Source: Amoebophrya sp. A120
Lineage: Eukaryota > Protista > Dinoflagellata
Length of the DNA: 64,000 nucleotides
Assembly (NCBI GenBank): GCA_905178155.1
Contig: CAJINV010000008.1
Location: forward strand, 3,460,013-3,524,012
Reading direction: 5' to 3'
Every line of letters starts with the position of its first letter. Position 1 is the stretch's first letter. The notes below the pieces were generated by a model, which did no database searches, was not told where the DNA came from, and saw only the letters and a program-made list of their open reading frames with translations. Below are positions 13,550 through 26,200 of this stretch, piece after piece. The position numbers and the translations under genes are program-made.

Positions 13550-14028
13550 GCTATTTATCATCATACTTACAGGAAAGTACACGACGACCCATTGTTGCAC
13601 CTTTACGCAACGAACTTTCATCACATTCGATAAATAAGATTTGGCGTGGTCTCGCCAATGCATTTTTCTGGCTGCATCGGGCGGCGCATTTTCGTTTTAT
13701 GTGACGCTAAGGTTTAAGATTCAATGAGGCCGGTGTTCTCTCTTCGCAAGTCAAAGAACGACCCTTCGACGGCGCTAGCCTCACTCGATGAGAGAAAAGC
13801 ACTAGTTCTAACTAGCAAAGCCAGAAAAAAGGAAATAATACTGAGCTACCTTCCAAGACACACGAGAAACTTTTGCACTCTAGATGGTAACGCCATGGTA
13901 TGAGCGAATTTTGACTTCGTATATAATAGCACTGATGATAGAACAAGTTCCAAGTGAAGACTTGCCAGTTGTTGCATCTCTAGCAGTAGTACATGAGCCA
14001 GCAGCTTGATATTCAGTCAAACAAATAG

Positions 14029-16656
14029 ATGAAAGACAGACCAGGAATCACGCACATGGAAATTATGACGAACGCCGTCGTTGCAATCTCTGAAACGCGT
14101 CGTCGCCCTACATTTGCGTCGCGGGAGAACTACAAATCGGCGAGAGGGGCGACGGTTCCTCAGTTCTCTTCGCGAGAACGCGTTCGGATCGCACAAGGAG
14201 AACGCGCAGCCTTGAACCTCTCAACCAAACGCCACTCTCTTGTTGCGGCTGGCAAAATGCTGTTGAGCGGGCTCCTATTTTCTGCCTTGTTGCTACTAGT
14301 AGCACTTCACCGCCGGAACGGAGACCACTTTTTCTTCGCCCTTGCCGATGTCCCGCTGGAGCAGATGGCGTGTGCGAGCTGTTTGGCGTACATAGAGACG
14401 AAAGAGGAACGGTTCGAACGAATTCTGAAGCGAGACGGGACCGAAATCGTCTTCGACGCTGGTAGTTGCGAGGAAATCTATTGCAAGCCTCCGACCAAGA
14501 TAATGAAGACGACGATGAAGAACCATCCAAGGGCAAACACAAACGGTAAGAAGCAGGAACTGCAAGAAGTAAACCAAGCAGCACAGCAGGAGCAGCCGTA
14601 CGTCGATTTCCGGGTCACGAAGGGCTACGGATCGAAGGACTACAATCAGGTGCGCATTTCCGTAATCACAAAGAAGGGACAGGTCGTACAGATCGAAGAG
14701 GGAAACAAAACAACTCCTTGTGGCAGCAGAAATATTAACGAAGTTGATGATGACAAGCAGAACCGGGTGGAACTTTCTTCAGCAGCCACATCTTGCGCAT
14801 CGTCTGCCGCAAGAACCTATTCCGCTCCTTTTCAGTGGGTCTGGAAGGACTTGCAGCTTAACACAAAAATGGTACGGACGGCGGAACCAGGCACGCTACA
14901 GACAGTGACGCTGACGAATGCAACTACGGTCGTGCGAGAACAACATGATCAGTCGGGTCAACATGCAGCCGCCACGGCCGGCAAAGATATTCAAGACAAA
15001 ATTTCAGCAGCAACACGGCCCACCTCTTCTTCGAGCAAGTTGGACAAGAGCAGAGCAGACGTGACGTCGAAAAGCAACACACGACCGGAGTTGCTCTCGA
15101 CGCACTTTCAGTACCTGCTGCCTCGGCAGGGCCAGCCGGTTTCGGGCGTTTTGATCGGTGATCCCTGCGTCCAGTCGGGTTCGGGCCGCGTCCAGCCGGT
15201 GCCCTGCGCCGAGGGCGGCGCCTGGGATCTGTGGAACCAGTTTCCGAAGCTGCTCGAGCTTTTCGTCGGCAACGACTTTAACGTGAATTTTTGGGGTTTG
15301 CTGGGGGACAATTTCTACGACAAGAGCGGGGAAATCACGCAAGAAATCTACCAGGAAATCCCGAGGTCGGTCAAGCAGAAGCTCTTCCTGTCCGTGTTGG
15401 GAAATCACGACTACTGGGTGCAGGGGGCGCCGGTTCGGGCCACCCCATCCGATCAGTGCGGGAACGGCTTCGTGCAGTTCTACGGACAGGACACGAAGAG
15501 TTCGCTAGGCCGGGTCGTGAAAAGTGAACATCAACATCAAGAAGCTCCGTATGACCTTTCCATCGACCCGAGCCAGTCACCAGAAGGCCAGCCGGGAAAG
15601 TGCTCGTACACCGCAAAGGAGAACACGTTTTTTTACAACCAGATCGGGAATATCGGCTTTATTGGCTACTCGGCGGTGCATTCGTGGGAGGACATGAAGC
15701 ACGACTTTGCAACCGCCTGCGACGCCTTCTGGGCGACCGACTCCGTCGACCTAGTTTTTGTGCTCGGCCACTGGAACAAGGAGGGTGCCGGGACCAGCGC
15801 TCAAATGGATTTGCTCAATGTCACGGCGAAGCTTATGGCCAGCGATAGCGACGAAGACGCGAACGCGAAGAACTCGGACTCGTCGCTGCTTGCATCCTGT
15901 GCGAAGTTTCACGCGGAGGGCCGCCTGACGTTCGCCATGGGTCACGAACACTGCAGCCACCCGGTAGTTAACAATTACGTGGCTACAAGAACAACTTCTA
16001 CCGAAGGTAGAACGACGGGCGGGACAAGAACTTCTTCTGCTAATGGGAGTGAAGACGATCATCCTCCCACCGTTGCGGACCGCACTGGTTTCCTGGTGGG
16101 CTCCTTCGGCATGGACGACTGGGTGTGCCCAGATCCCACCAAGATCGGAGTTGCTAGTACCGCCACACCTACTTTTGGCGCTGCAAGCAACTACAACATG
16201 AACAATCTGCTGCGAAGACGAGGACTACATCAAAGTGGAACAAACCACTCCAGTTCGGTGCCGGGTCTACAACTCGCTAGTACAACAACTTCGCAGGACG
16301 TTGATAGAAGCGGCGAGATACGTCGCACCTCGGACGGGGACAACGTGCACACCTACGGGATCCCCGTGTTCGATACTTCCAATAACATGTTCACTGTCTG
16401 GTACTTTCTGCTCAAGTCCGTCGACGTGGACCGGTACGACGTGGTAGAATCCTGTCTGCGCATGGAGCGCACCTGGAAACTGTGCACGCACCTGGCCACC
16501 TTGTGGCACCAGCGGCCGCTGTTGCCGCGGGCGAGGAAGACGGCGGACATGTCGCCACCGATGGTAGATGAACCTGGTCGTGTCACGGGGGCTGGGAATC
16601 GTAACCGCGCACGTGCCGACGGGCGACGCGAGGAGAACGAAGAAGTGTATGCCTGA
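14029..16656 (+). CDS. Calcineurin-like metallophosphoesterase (purple acid phosphatase-like), probably secreted; likely start ATG 14257
   Basis: Motifs LIGD, LGDNFYD, LGNHDY, GH and GHEH in order; hydrophobic signal-like MLLSGLLFSALLLLVAL; intronless. Confidence 0.85.
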   Translation: MKDRPGITHMEIMTNAVVAISETRRRPTFASRENYKSARGATVPQFSSRERVRIAQGERAALNLSTKRHSLVAAGKMLLSGLLFSALLLLVALHRRNGDHFFFALADVPLEQMACASCLAYIETKEERFERILKRDGTEIVFDAGSCEEIYCKPPTKIMKTTMKNHPRANTNGKKQELQEVNQAAQQEQPYVDFRVTKGYGSKDYNQVRISVITKKGQVVQIEEGNKTTPCGSRNINEVDDDKQNRVELSSAATSCASSAARTYSAPFQWVWKDLQLNTKMVRTAEPGTLQTVTLTNATTVVREQHDQSGQHAAATAGKDIQDKISAATRPTSSSSKLDKSRADVTSKSNTRPELLSTHFQYLLPRQGQPVSGVLIGDPCVQSGSGRVQPVPCAEGGAWDLWNQFPKLLELFVGNDFNVNFWGLLGDNFYDKSGEITQEIYQEIPRSVKQKLFLSVLGNHDYWVQGAPVRATPSDQCGNGFVQFYGQDTKSSLGRVVKSEHQHQEAPYDLSIDPSQSPEGQPGKCSYTAKENTFFYNQIGNIGFIGYSAVHSWEDMKHDFATACDAFWATDSVDLVFVLGHWNKEGAGTSAQMDLLNVTAKLMASDSDEDANAKNSDSSLLASCAKFHAEGRLTFAMGHEHCSHPVVNNYVATRTTSTEGRTTGGTRTSSANGSEDDHPPTVADRTGFLVGSFGMDDWVCPDPTKIGVASTATPTFGAASNYNMNNLLRRRGLHQSGTNHSSSVPGLQLASTTTSQDVDRSGEIRRTSDGDNVHTYGIPVFDTSNNMFTVWYFLLKSVDVDRYDVVESCLRMERTWKLCTHLATLWHQRPLLPRARKTADMSPPMVDEPGRVTGAGNRNRARADGRREENEEVYA

Positions 16657-18173
16657 GGACCATAGAAAGATACAGCACAAGGAAGAGTGGCTCAGTGCGA
16701 CGTGCATGTGCGTTTCTATTAACGAAGGGGTTCGCGTTTTTGTTTTATCTATCAGTATGTAGTGTATTACGTGGCGGAACTTGGTATTTTTGTATGTGCC
16801 ACGAACAAATGATGATGTTCCTAGCACTTTTCAACGTCCCACGCGCCGCCCGTCATTCCCGTGGTTTAACATGTGGCTTTGCAAAAAAGTGGCTCTCTAT
16901 CTCGTCGGGTTAACAAGAAGAACTCTTATTAATTTCGCTTTTTTTCCTCCCAGTCGTGCGCTGTGTGAAGTAGGTGTGCGTAAGACCCAAGCTGCATTCA
17001 TGTGTGCAGCGCCGGCTTTTTGTACCGGACAAACAGTCAGCTTCTTTTAATTATGGACGCACAAGACTTCCATTTGGAAAGTTACACCACGACTCGCAGT
17101 CGGTCTTATCGTGGAGGTACGTCAACCGAAAATTGTTTGCTCGAACAAGCGCTAGTTGTGCTCGATTTTTGGTTAGAATTGAAAAATTGTGATTGGCGTG
17201 AACAATCCGAGCGACAAACAACAGACGTGAGCGCTCATCTGCGGATCTGTCCACTACCCGTGCGGCACCGTCCATCTGTTCAGTGAAGCAGAAGCTGTAG
17301 TGCGGAAATTGTACTTGTGGGCTTCTACTTCGGCGGTTTTTTTTTTGTATACCGATGTGGTTTTTCTTTGAGAAGGGGTGGACATGGAGATGAATTTCCC
17401 GATGGCAAAACGAGAGCGACATCGCGCTTGTTCAAGTGAAATTCTGCTTCGAGCGCCAGACAAACAGACTGTGATGTATCTTCGAGCACTAGGTTCTTCA
17501 CACGCCGACTCTTGTTCGAGCATGAGCGTCTTTTTTTCTTTTGCCTCGAATTATTTATTTTTCCATAGTATGGATCGATGCAGACGCTGGGTCTAAGTGA
17601 TGTGGTGATCTTTATGCTCTGTCAGGGTGCGTTTTTTCCCGATACGATCAGTCGAGGTCCGGACGAAAGATTCCTCTGTTTGGTGCTCCGTCTTTTTTTC
17701 TGAGGGTTGCGAGAGGGAGACAGCAGCATAAGTATGCTTCCTATGCTGAAGAATTACGAGGCCTTTTGAGAAATGAATCAATGTTTTGTTCAGTGTGACA
17801 TTCCCGAAGTAGTAACTTTTGGGATTTGAATTTCGTACCCCCTCTCCTGGGTATGCATTCAAATATAGAAGGCACGGCATAGTTTTTCGTCTGGGTCGTT
17901 TGTCAATTACTCAAGGAATAATTGCAGCCCATCTACTACGGGCTTCGGACGCTCGACCCACTAGTTTTCCAAAGTGCATTATTAGAACACCACGAGTGTT
18001 GTTGAAAAAGCAGTTTAAGCTTGGAACGACTCAAAACGTCACAGTGTGTAGCATATTTGTGGCAAGCAGAGATCATTAGAAAAGGTACGTATCTAATATT
18101 CACATTTCAATTGCTTTTGCTATGGCATTGGCAGCGAGCTGCGCTCCAGGTGTAACAAGGAATTTACTCGCAT

Positions 18174-21100
18174 TTGCTTTTGCTCGTTCATCCGCTTGTC
18201 GGCTGTAAAAGCATGCAAACGAAGCGGGAACCGGACGACCACCCGATGCACGACTTACACCGGGTCGTCCCAACACACGGGGGCGATGAGGACAATCGTG
18301 TGCTGGCATTAGTTCCCGAGAACAAAAAGGACAGCAGGAGCTGCTCCACAGGTGGACAACTACGACCCACTCCCGCTTGTTCACCTCCAGAGTTAATACT
18401 ACAGCAACTCACCACGAGCACGACTGTCGGAGCTGGTCCGGTTGACTCGACGGTTGCAGCCAGTGAGGCAGGTGCATGTGGACCACCACGAGGCAACATC
18501 GGGTTTTCACCAGGAGACAGTCACAGTCAACGTTTGCCTGCAGTGGGAGATGCTGATGAAGTCCAGGAGATAAATTATGGGCACCTACTTCCCGGCAAAA
18601 TAAACACGCTGCTGGACGACGGGGTGGACCAACGACACGCGGGTAGTCGAAGCACAGGTGATCCTGTTCTTCCGCACGATGGTGTTTCCCAGTTGTTGCA
18701 AAAAAGCAAAGACGGAACAACGGAAAAAAGGACCACTACCAGGATTATGGAGAAAAACGGTTGCAGTATTTCGACCGAGGAACCACGAGTCGAAGACGGA
18801 GCAGGCTCAAAGTCTTCTTCTTCCAATATGGCACTCTCAAACGACGGTTACATGGATCGCTATAATTTCACGATTTGTTTATGTTTGTGACGCGAGTAGA
18901 TCATGACTAGGAAAGGCGAAAACGGGCGAGACCCTGTGCGCATGGCGATAATGGCTTGATGGCGCGGAAGAAGATTCTACTTTTATTTTAGTTTGATTTA
19001 TTGAGTGAGAGTGCGTCGAGAACTTGTCATGAGTTCTTGACGACCGTTTACAGGGTGGTGGTGGGTGTGCATGACAACAAGGAATAGACTTAAAGGGCTG
19101 CACACGACTGACAACGACCTATGCAACTAACGTTTGAGAAAAATGCCATATCCAAGCGAAATGCCGACGCCGCGGCGGAGATCGAGACGCAGAAGACCAG
19201 CACTGGGAACGAGCATCACACTACGGGCAGCACAACGAAAACACCAGCTGAAAATGATAGCGCTAAAAGTAAAAGTGTGCAGCAGGTGAAAACTGGACGG
19301 CCGGTGCTACAATTTGCGAAAACCTTGCGTTGGCGATTTAAGGCGCTCCTGGTTTTCTCGCTGTCTATGAGTATTTTTTGGCACCTGCTGTTTTTCCTTT
19401 TCGGGCGCAACCGGGAGAAGTTTTCCGCCCAAATTCCTGGCGGTGCTGAGGCTATCCTGCGCAAAAGTTGTTCCGTCAGGGCTCGTATAAATTGCAACTG
19501 CATCATCTTCACAGGGGCATAAAAGCAGATCCATGTGATCGTCGTTCTGGTTTCTTCTTACTGCGTGATTTGCTCTGAAAGTGCTGAGATGTATATTCAT
19601 ACAGGCAATTTATGCTAGCACGAGTATAATGACCATGCTTTTGCCATGGATAGCAGCTCTCCAAGCTGCTTGTGTACACCAGCAACAGTTTGCGGTTGGT
19701 GCTTACCGTCGAGTGCGGCCGGGTGCGCCAGCGCGATTTTCAGGATCTGCCACACTTCGTCGAGGGGGTGCCGCATGTGGTCCTTATGCCAGGGGGAGAT
19801 GACGGTGAAATGCTGCGATTGGATTACAGCAACTGGACCAGCAACTCCTCAACGTCGGGATTCACCCGCGAATTCATTGAGGGGGCGTTTCTGGACTATC
19901 GCAACGCCCGGGGAGCGGTAATGGGCTCGTATCCGGGGTTTCAGGACATGATGCTGGGGTCCGATTATACGACTCTGCTGCGTGTCGCATCGGCCGACTG
20001 CCTCTCCCTCGGGCCATTGTTGAGCCGGGCAGAGCACTGGTTTGTTGTGCTGCTCGGCCTGGGGGACGCGCCCGATCGCGAGCTGGATGGGGAGACCGGA
20101 CTGATACCGCTGGAAGAAGAAGAGGACCTGCAGAAGCTGCGTCAGATAAGGCTCGCGGTCATGACGCACTACACGGGGCTCTATCAAAGGCTCCATGCCT
20201 TGCACCACTCGAACGGACTCCAAAGCAACGTAACTGCAACAAGCTCGTTCTCCTCCTCACAACAACCTCAGCACATGAGCACAAGTAGTCAACATGGCCA
20301 TCATCAGCAGCGACGCAGCCTGTTCGGCGGCCACATGTCAGTTTCTTTTGTGCCGGACCCGCGAATTTCGAGTAACAACACATCAACCTCGACCTCGGGT
20401 GGAGCAACGGACACCGCGCTCAATTTTTGCGCGGAAGCGCGTCGCCTCGCGGAGTCGCCCGACGCCTCCTACCACATGTTTGGCTAGGGGAGCGGGTCTG
20501 CGGCGGTCCTGCAGAGCTTGCTCACGTCGCTCCGGGGCCAGGAAAAGAGCGCGCTCCTCGCCGTGAATGTTACCCATTGGATGTGGGCGGCGTTGGCGCT
20601 GCTGCTGTCTGCTGTGCTCCTGTTCAGGTTTGCGCAAATGTGGGAGCCCTACGTTGCTCTGTACCACGAGATTCTGGAAATGGGCCGCCAGTCTGACGTC
20701 ACGGTACACGAGTTGCGCGAGCAGCTGGAATTGCAAAGAGCCCGGAACGCAACCATCGAGGAGGAGCTGGTCGGCATTCAACAGGAATCTGCGGACCTCT
20801 TCGTGGCCTCGCTGGAGGTAGACGAGTTGCTGAAGGAAGAGTTGCTGAAGCAGCGCAGCCGGGGCCCGAGCCCGTGTAGAAATCCCGAGGTCGAGGCTGG
20901 TGTTGATGAGGACGCGTATTCAAACCGGGCGGCGGACCGCCGGCTCCAGGACGGCGAATCGTCGGACCGAACCTATTATCAATTGCAAAAATGTCTGGGT
21001 CTGGAAACTTGTAATGCTATGTTGGGAATAGTGAGTGCTCTGTAATGCACAGCCAAGCATGAGAAACATCTGCGCTATTTTGTGTTGCTTTGTTCGCATG

Positions 21101-22114
21101 AGAAACTGCGTTTTTGCATGACGGGCAAGAGGGTCTCTTCTTGGACACGCATCACAAACTTTTTTGTCATGCCAGGCAAGCATGACAAATCTCGCAATCT
21201 TCCAGACCCAGACATTTTTGCAATCCATACCTATGTGACACCAACTCCACCGTTGCCGCTCAGCGGTGTGTGGCTTTTGTCCGAAGAAGATCGGTATGCA
21301 TTGCAAATATGTCTGGGTCTGGAAGAGTGCGAAATTTGTCTTGCTCGGCTAGCAAGACTCTCAAGTCTGTCATGCACGTTACCCAAAAGCCCCATTTTTC
21401 TGTGATGCTGAAACGTAGTTTGTCATGCAGAATTGGCAACGCCTAGAAGCTCAGAAACTTGTGGTCATGCTGAGCCATCACCTGTGGCCTCCTCATGCTA
21501 CGCAACTCAGCATTACAAGTTTCCAGACCCAGACATATTTGCAATGCATAATCGGAACGGGGGCGGGCCGAAAATTTCCAAGCACCTGCTGAAATTGACC
21601 ATCAACAATGACTATGCATTGCAAAAATGTCTGGGTCTGGAAGATTCGAGACTTGTAATGCTGTCTCTGGATTCTCAAAAAATTTGTACTGCATGACCAG
21701 CAAGAGGACTCCAGTTTGTGCTACGCGGAAAGGGCATTTCTCATGCAGTAGAGGCATCAAAAAGTCCTCTAAAAATCTGTGATGCTAGGGCATGCATCAC
21801 CGACATCATGGATCATTCAAAATATGCATGACAAACGTGGCAATCTTCCAGACCCTGACATTTTTACATTTGATAATGACGGGATGTATCTGACCGATAA
21901 CAGTGGTGTGATGTCCCAGACGCGCGTCTTGTCGGGCATCTCGCTGATTTGGGAAGAACGCGAGCTCTGGATTGACGGGAGCAATCCAGATATCCTCTAC
22001 CGAGAGTCGGCCACTCGCGCGGGGGGGCCGCTACGCTACCACCGAAAGGTGGCCGCTCCGCACAACAGAGACGACCCCGTGCCGTACAATTGGGGAAACG
22101 TCGGTAGGACGTAG
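18174..22114 (+). CDS. Novel membrane protein, paralog 1 (2 TM segments + coiled coil + C-terminal domain); in-frame TAG at 20485-20487
   Basis: Similar to 23285-27329 (WEPYVALY/WGPYVQFY, QESADLFVASL/RESADTFVASL, LPLSGVWLL/LPLAGIWLL, SLIWEERELW/SLIWEDRELW). The 5' exon junction near 18850-19110 is unresolved. Confidence 0.6.
19453..19652. mobile_element. Decayed introner, probably now a GC-AG intron (19451-19653)
   Basis: TIR TATCC..GCAAAAG; GC..AG removal gives in-frame GAE|QLSKLL, aligning with the paralog. Confidence 0.5.
20977..21229. mobile_element. Introner, family A
   Basis: TSD CCTAT (20972-20976, 21230-21234). Confidence 0.93.
21295..21550. mobile_element. Introner, family A
   Basis: Near-perfect TIR, TSD ATCGG (21290-21294, 21551-21555). 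Confidence 0.94.
21613..21875. mobile_element. Introner, family A (opposite orientation to 1306-1567)
   Basis: TSD ATGAC (21608-21612, 21876-21880); interior aligns to the reverse complement of the 1306 copy. Confidence 0.94.
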
Positions 22115-23284
22115 GCTATTGCTGCGGGAAGGGTACCATGTGTGGAAGCGGCTAGTTCGTGTTTTGCACGTAGCAGCATTTTTTTTGGGACAAGATAAAG
22201 GTCATAAAAATCGTATAGTAGAGGGTGTAGTATTTCGTTGACGCTTGTTCAAGTAGCCTCTGCTGCAGTTCCAACTCCATAGTAAGTATAGTTCTATGAG
22301 CCCGTAGTCAAAGTCAGAGTTGTAAAATCTGTATAATCGGTTTTCTGACTCTTCATAAGCATAACAAGGGCAGCTTTCTGTCATTCCTTGTCAAGATGTG
22401 TCTGTATAGGATTTAGATGAACAGGAATACAAAGTGCATCGGAGTCGGTCTTTTTCGAAGACATTCCGATTATTCACTTCGTATTCTAGTAATCAAGACT
22501 CGCTCCTTGCTATTTTCAGGTCGTCGGTGGTGGAGGTGTGAATCTCCTCCGTCGTGCAAGAAAGAGCCGATTTGATTTCATCTACGCATATTTTATTTGG
22601 GCTAATTCGTACTACAGCAGTTTCTGCACGCGACAGCGGTGCTTTCTCCGTTTTGATATACAAAATGGTATTACTTGACACACCTTTGTCCTCCCAATTC
22701 AAAGTGTAATAAGTAGATTCTTTCTTCAAATAAATGCATCCTGTTGCAGTATAGTATGAGCAACTCGTCCACCATCGCTGAAGCACGAGTATCAGGAGGC
22801 TCGGGCATATAAAAAAGCGTGTGTAGGGCTAGAAGCAGGGGTCGGTAGACCAATAAGATTCCAGTTCTACCGGGTGAAATAAAGTTGAGTACTTGCATGC
22901 CTAGTTTCATCGTGGACGAGGAAAACGAATGAAATTGTCCCTGCAGCTGTATGATAAAATTACATCCGAATTAGGATAATTCGCAGAACAAATACAGGAA
23001 AAGCCGACGACGCAGTTGTCATGGCAAGAATAGTTCAGTCGAAGTGTGTCCCGTTTATGTGGCATCATTTCCACTCTTCCTGCAGGTCATGGTTCCGAAG
23101 TTTGTGTAGTTAACATTTTCCGCGTCGGTACGTTTTCTACGACTGGAACGCACGTTCTTTCTGTACGTTTTTTCTTTTCCTTCTCGGCGCGACAAGATCA
23201 GAAATCAAAATGAGGAAATCAAAATCACAATCTTCTGAGTGTCTTGTTTTCACAATCTCTGCCTGCTTTTCATGATAGATAGTT

Positions 23285-26200
23285 TTGATCCGCTGTATTT
23301 CTGTAGGGATGGACTCGCTCATCTTCACAACACGTGAAAGAACACATCCAGGCATTGACTCCGGAGGAGGTGCGTTTGGGTCGTCGGCAGGAGCTCTGGG
23401 GCCGGCGAGAAAGACAAATGGATCCGACACGACCAGGGTGGTACCGCTACCACCACAAGCCGGGCCTGAGGAGCTGCAGGAGGAACTACAAGGGTCCTCT
23501 TCTTCCGCACGACAGGCACTTGGTCGTCCCGCACAGGAACCCCGACGACCCAGCGACGACGCGACCAAGGCAGGGGCTGAAGACCTTTCAGCGATGAACG
23601 CGGCACGCAGTACTTTCGAAGAGACTTTGACGCCGTCTCTGGTGGAAGTAGATCATGCACGTACAGAGAACGCAGCAGGTGGACCACCATCAGGCGGATA
23701 CAACCAGGACGAGCGAGCCAATGGCACTGGCTCGATAATATCTTCGAGTGCGAGCTGCGAAGTAAGGCCCGGACCTCCTAGCGCTAGCACGCTTTTGGAA
23801 GATGAAGCAGGCCAGAGTCGGCGTGCAGCTGCACATAATGAGGGTCCTGAACGAGAACCGCAGGAGAGAGAAGCAACAACTTCATCCGAGATGCATGAAG
23901 ACGAGGCTCCATCTTTTCATAAAAAAGCTGCCCCGGTGTTTTCTCACCTCGCGGCCTCTGGGCAGCTCGGAAATTCTAGGGCCGTCAAAGCCAATCCCAC
24001 CGACAAGGAGGAAGTGCTTTTTGCGAAGGTTCTACCTGTTGGCCCCGCGCGTGAGTTCTCTCCGTGTGAGGACGTGGTCGTTGAGTCCGGTCGAAGTGGA
24101 GAAAATGGCTTCACTGATCAACATGTAGATGATCCTTCATGTGTAGAGCAGGAAATAAATGCTAGTGTTGATCAAGGGCAAAAGCGCAAGGCAACGCCGG
24201 ATCTTCAACAGCTTCAAAGCACGACGTGCACCGCCCCGGCTCTTTTCTCCCGTGTGGCACTGGTGGTGAAGCTGCTGGGCGCGTTTGAGTATCCGGTGCA
24301 AAAGAAGCGTACCGTAGTACAGCTCGCGCGAGAAGATGAAATTGCAGCACAGAAATATTACATGCAGCAATAGCACATCTGCTACGCTATTGCTACCTCG
24401 TATTAATTTTGCAGCATCACAAGAAATTATTTCATTTTTCTTCTCTAGTGCATTTTTTTGTCAGGCCATTTTTTCATGAACTTGCTTTTGCAATGCATAG
24501 TGAGATGAAGATGCGGCTGCTCATCTTGCTGGGCGTGCTTCTCACACTCGGTGGGTACGTGGCTATCGTGGTGTTTGGACAGGCGGTGGGAACGTACAAC
24601 GATCAGAAGTCCGCACTGATGGCGATCGGGAACTTGCTTTCCCTGATCAGCGAAAACTTGGTGGTTGTGTCGCTGATGGAGTGCAGCCTCCACCGGGTGG
24701 CGGTGATGCAGACTCACAATCCGCACGTTCCCTTCAGCAATTACTACACCTGGGGCGACATGTATGGAAGCGTCAGGTTTGAAATCGCCAAAGTTGAAAT
24801 AATTTGTGATGCATGAAATGCATGGCGCGAAATACGTGTGTTGCAGAGCAGGCAAGGGAGGCCGATTGTAAGCCTGTTTTGGGTTAGAGCTCGAGCTGCT
24901 AAAGTAGCATGAGAAAATCAGTCATCTTTGCCTAAACAGCATGACAAACTGGATTTAGGCATCTTCACCAAAAAGATTTAGGCATCACCGCCGGTTGGAA
25001 ACTGGGTTCCAACTGGCATCCATTTTATGCATCACAAACTATTTCAACTTTGACGATTTCAATCCTGACAGTTCCATAACATGCGCACGATCCACGAGGA
25101 GGCGATGCGGACGTCGCGGCACTTGGAAACCGTTCTGCGCGCGGCGGACACCTTTTTTCTGGCGCTGGTGGATGAGTCCGCCGCCGGGTCCCGGGAGTTG
25201 CTGGAGTTTGAGCCGTTGGACGATCCCGAGTTGCGGAATATCGTGCAGCGGGTTCACCAGCGCGTGATGCCCTTGTATTGGGACGCCTGGCACAAGGTCA
25301 TGCTGTCCGCGGATGTGGTCGGCGAAGATTTTGCGGCCTTTCTGGCCGAGGCCCTGCGCAACGCGACTCTGACCGCGAATTACACCACCTCGGTCGACCA
25401 AAATCCCTTCTGCCACAACTTTTCCGCCTCGGCCTTTTCTCTCCTTGTTCCGAGTGCGGCAAATAGTTCGAACACGACAGACGCTTCTTTATTTCCCGGA
25501 GCGGGAGGTGCAGCGCCGATGGTGCTTGCTGACGCATCCCTGCCCGGGCTCCCGGACTTTTGCGAGCTAGCCCAGTCGTTGCACCGGCAGGGGACCGTGA
25601 TCGCGCTCCCCACGGCCGTGCTGGACTTCGGCGCTACGGCCACCGGCGCGGCGGCTTTGTCGCGGATCGCGGATATCCGGGTTTTGATCGTGGAGGTACA
25701 GGACCGGATGAGTGAGGCGATGACGAGGCTGCTGGTCACCCACGTGCTCCGCCTGATTGTGGCCGTGTTGTTGTACGCGGCGGTCTTTTGGAAGTTCCAG
25801 AAGGCCTGGGGCCCCTACGTGCAGTTCTACCGGGATTTGAAGCACACCGCCGCCGACGCCGACCTTACCGTGGAGCAGCTGCGCGACGAACTCGAGCAGG
25901 AGCGGCGCAAGCGCGTCAAGGCCGAGCAGGACTTTGCGGGCCTGCAGCGCGAGTCTGCGGACACTTTTGTCGCTTCTCTCTCGCTGCTCCCGGATCAGTA
26001 CGCCACTACCACAACTTCCTCGAGAAGCAGTCGCGGACAGCACGCGTTTTTTCCTGCCCGAAGCAGCGCAACTTCTGGTGTTCCTCCAGAAAAACACAGT
26101 CTGCAGGTCGTGCTTCAGCTCTCGCCCGTGCTAGTGCAAGCGGCAGCTGGCGATCGTGGCGCGGTTTGTGCGGCGGAAAAAAACCGTAGCTCTGCACAGA

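Noticed and set aside
20977-21875. CRISPR-like array (repeats separated by ~60-bp unique segments)
   Set aside because: The repeats are inverted pairs, the 'spacers' are in-frame exons, and there are no cas genes in this eukaryotic context.
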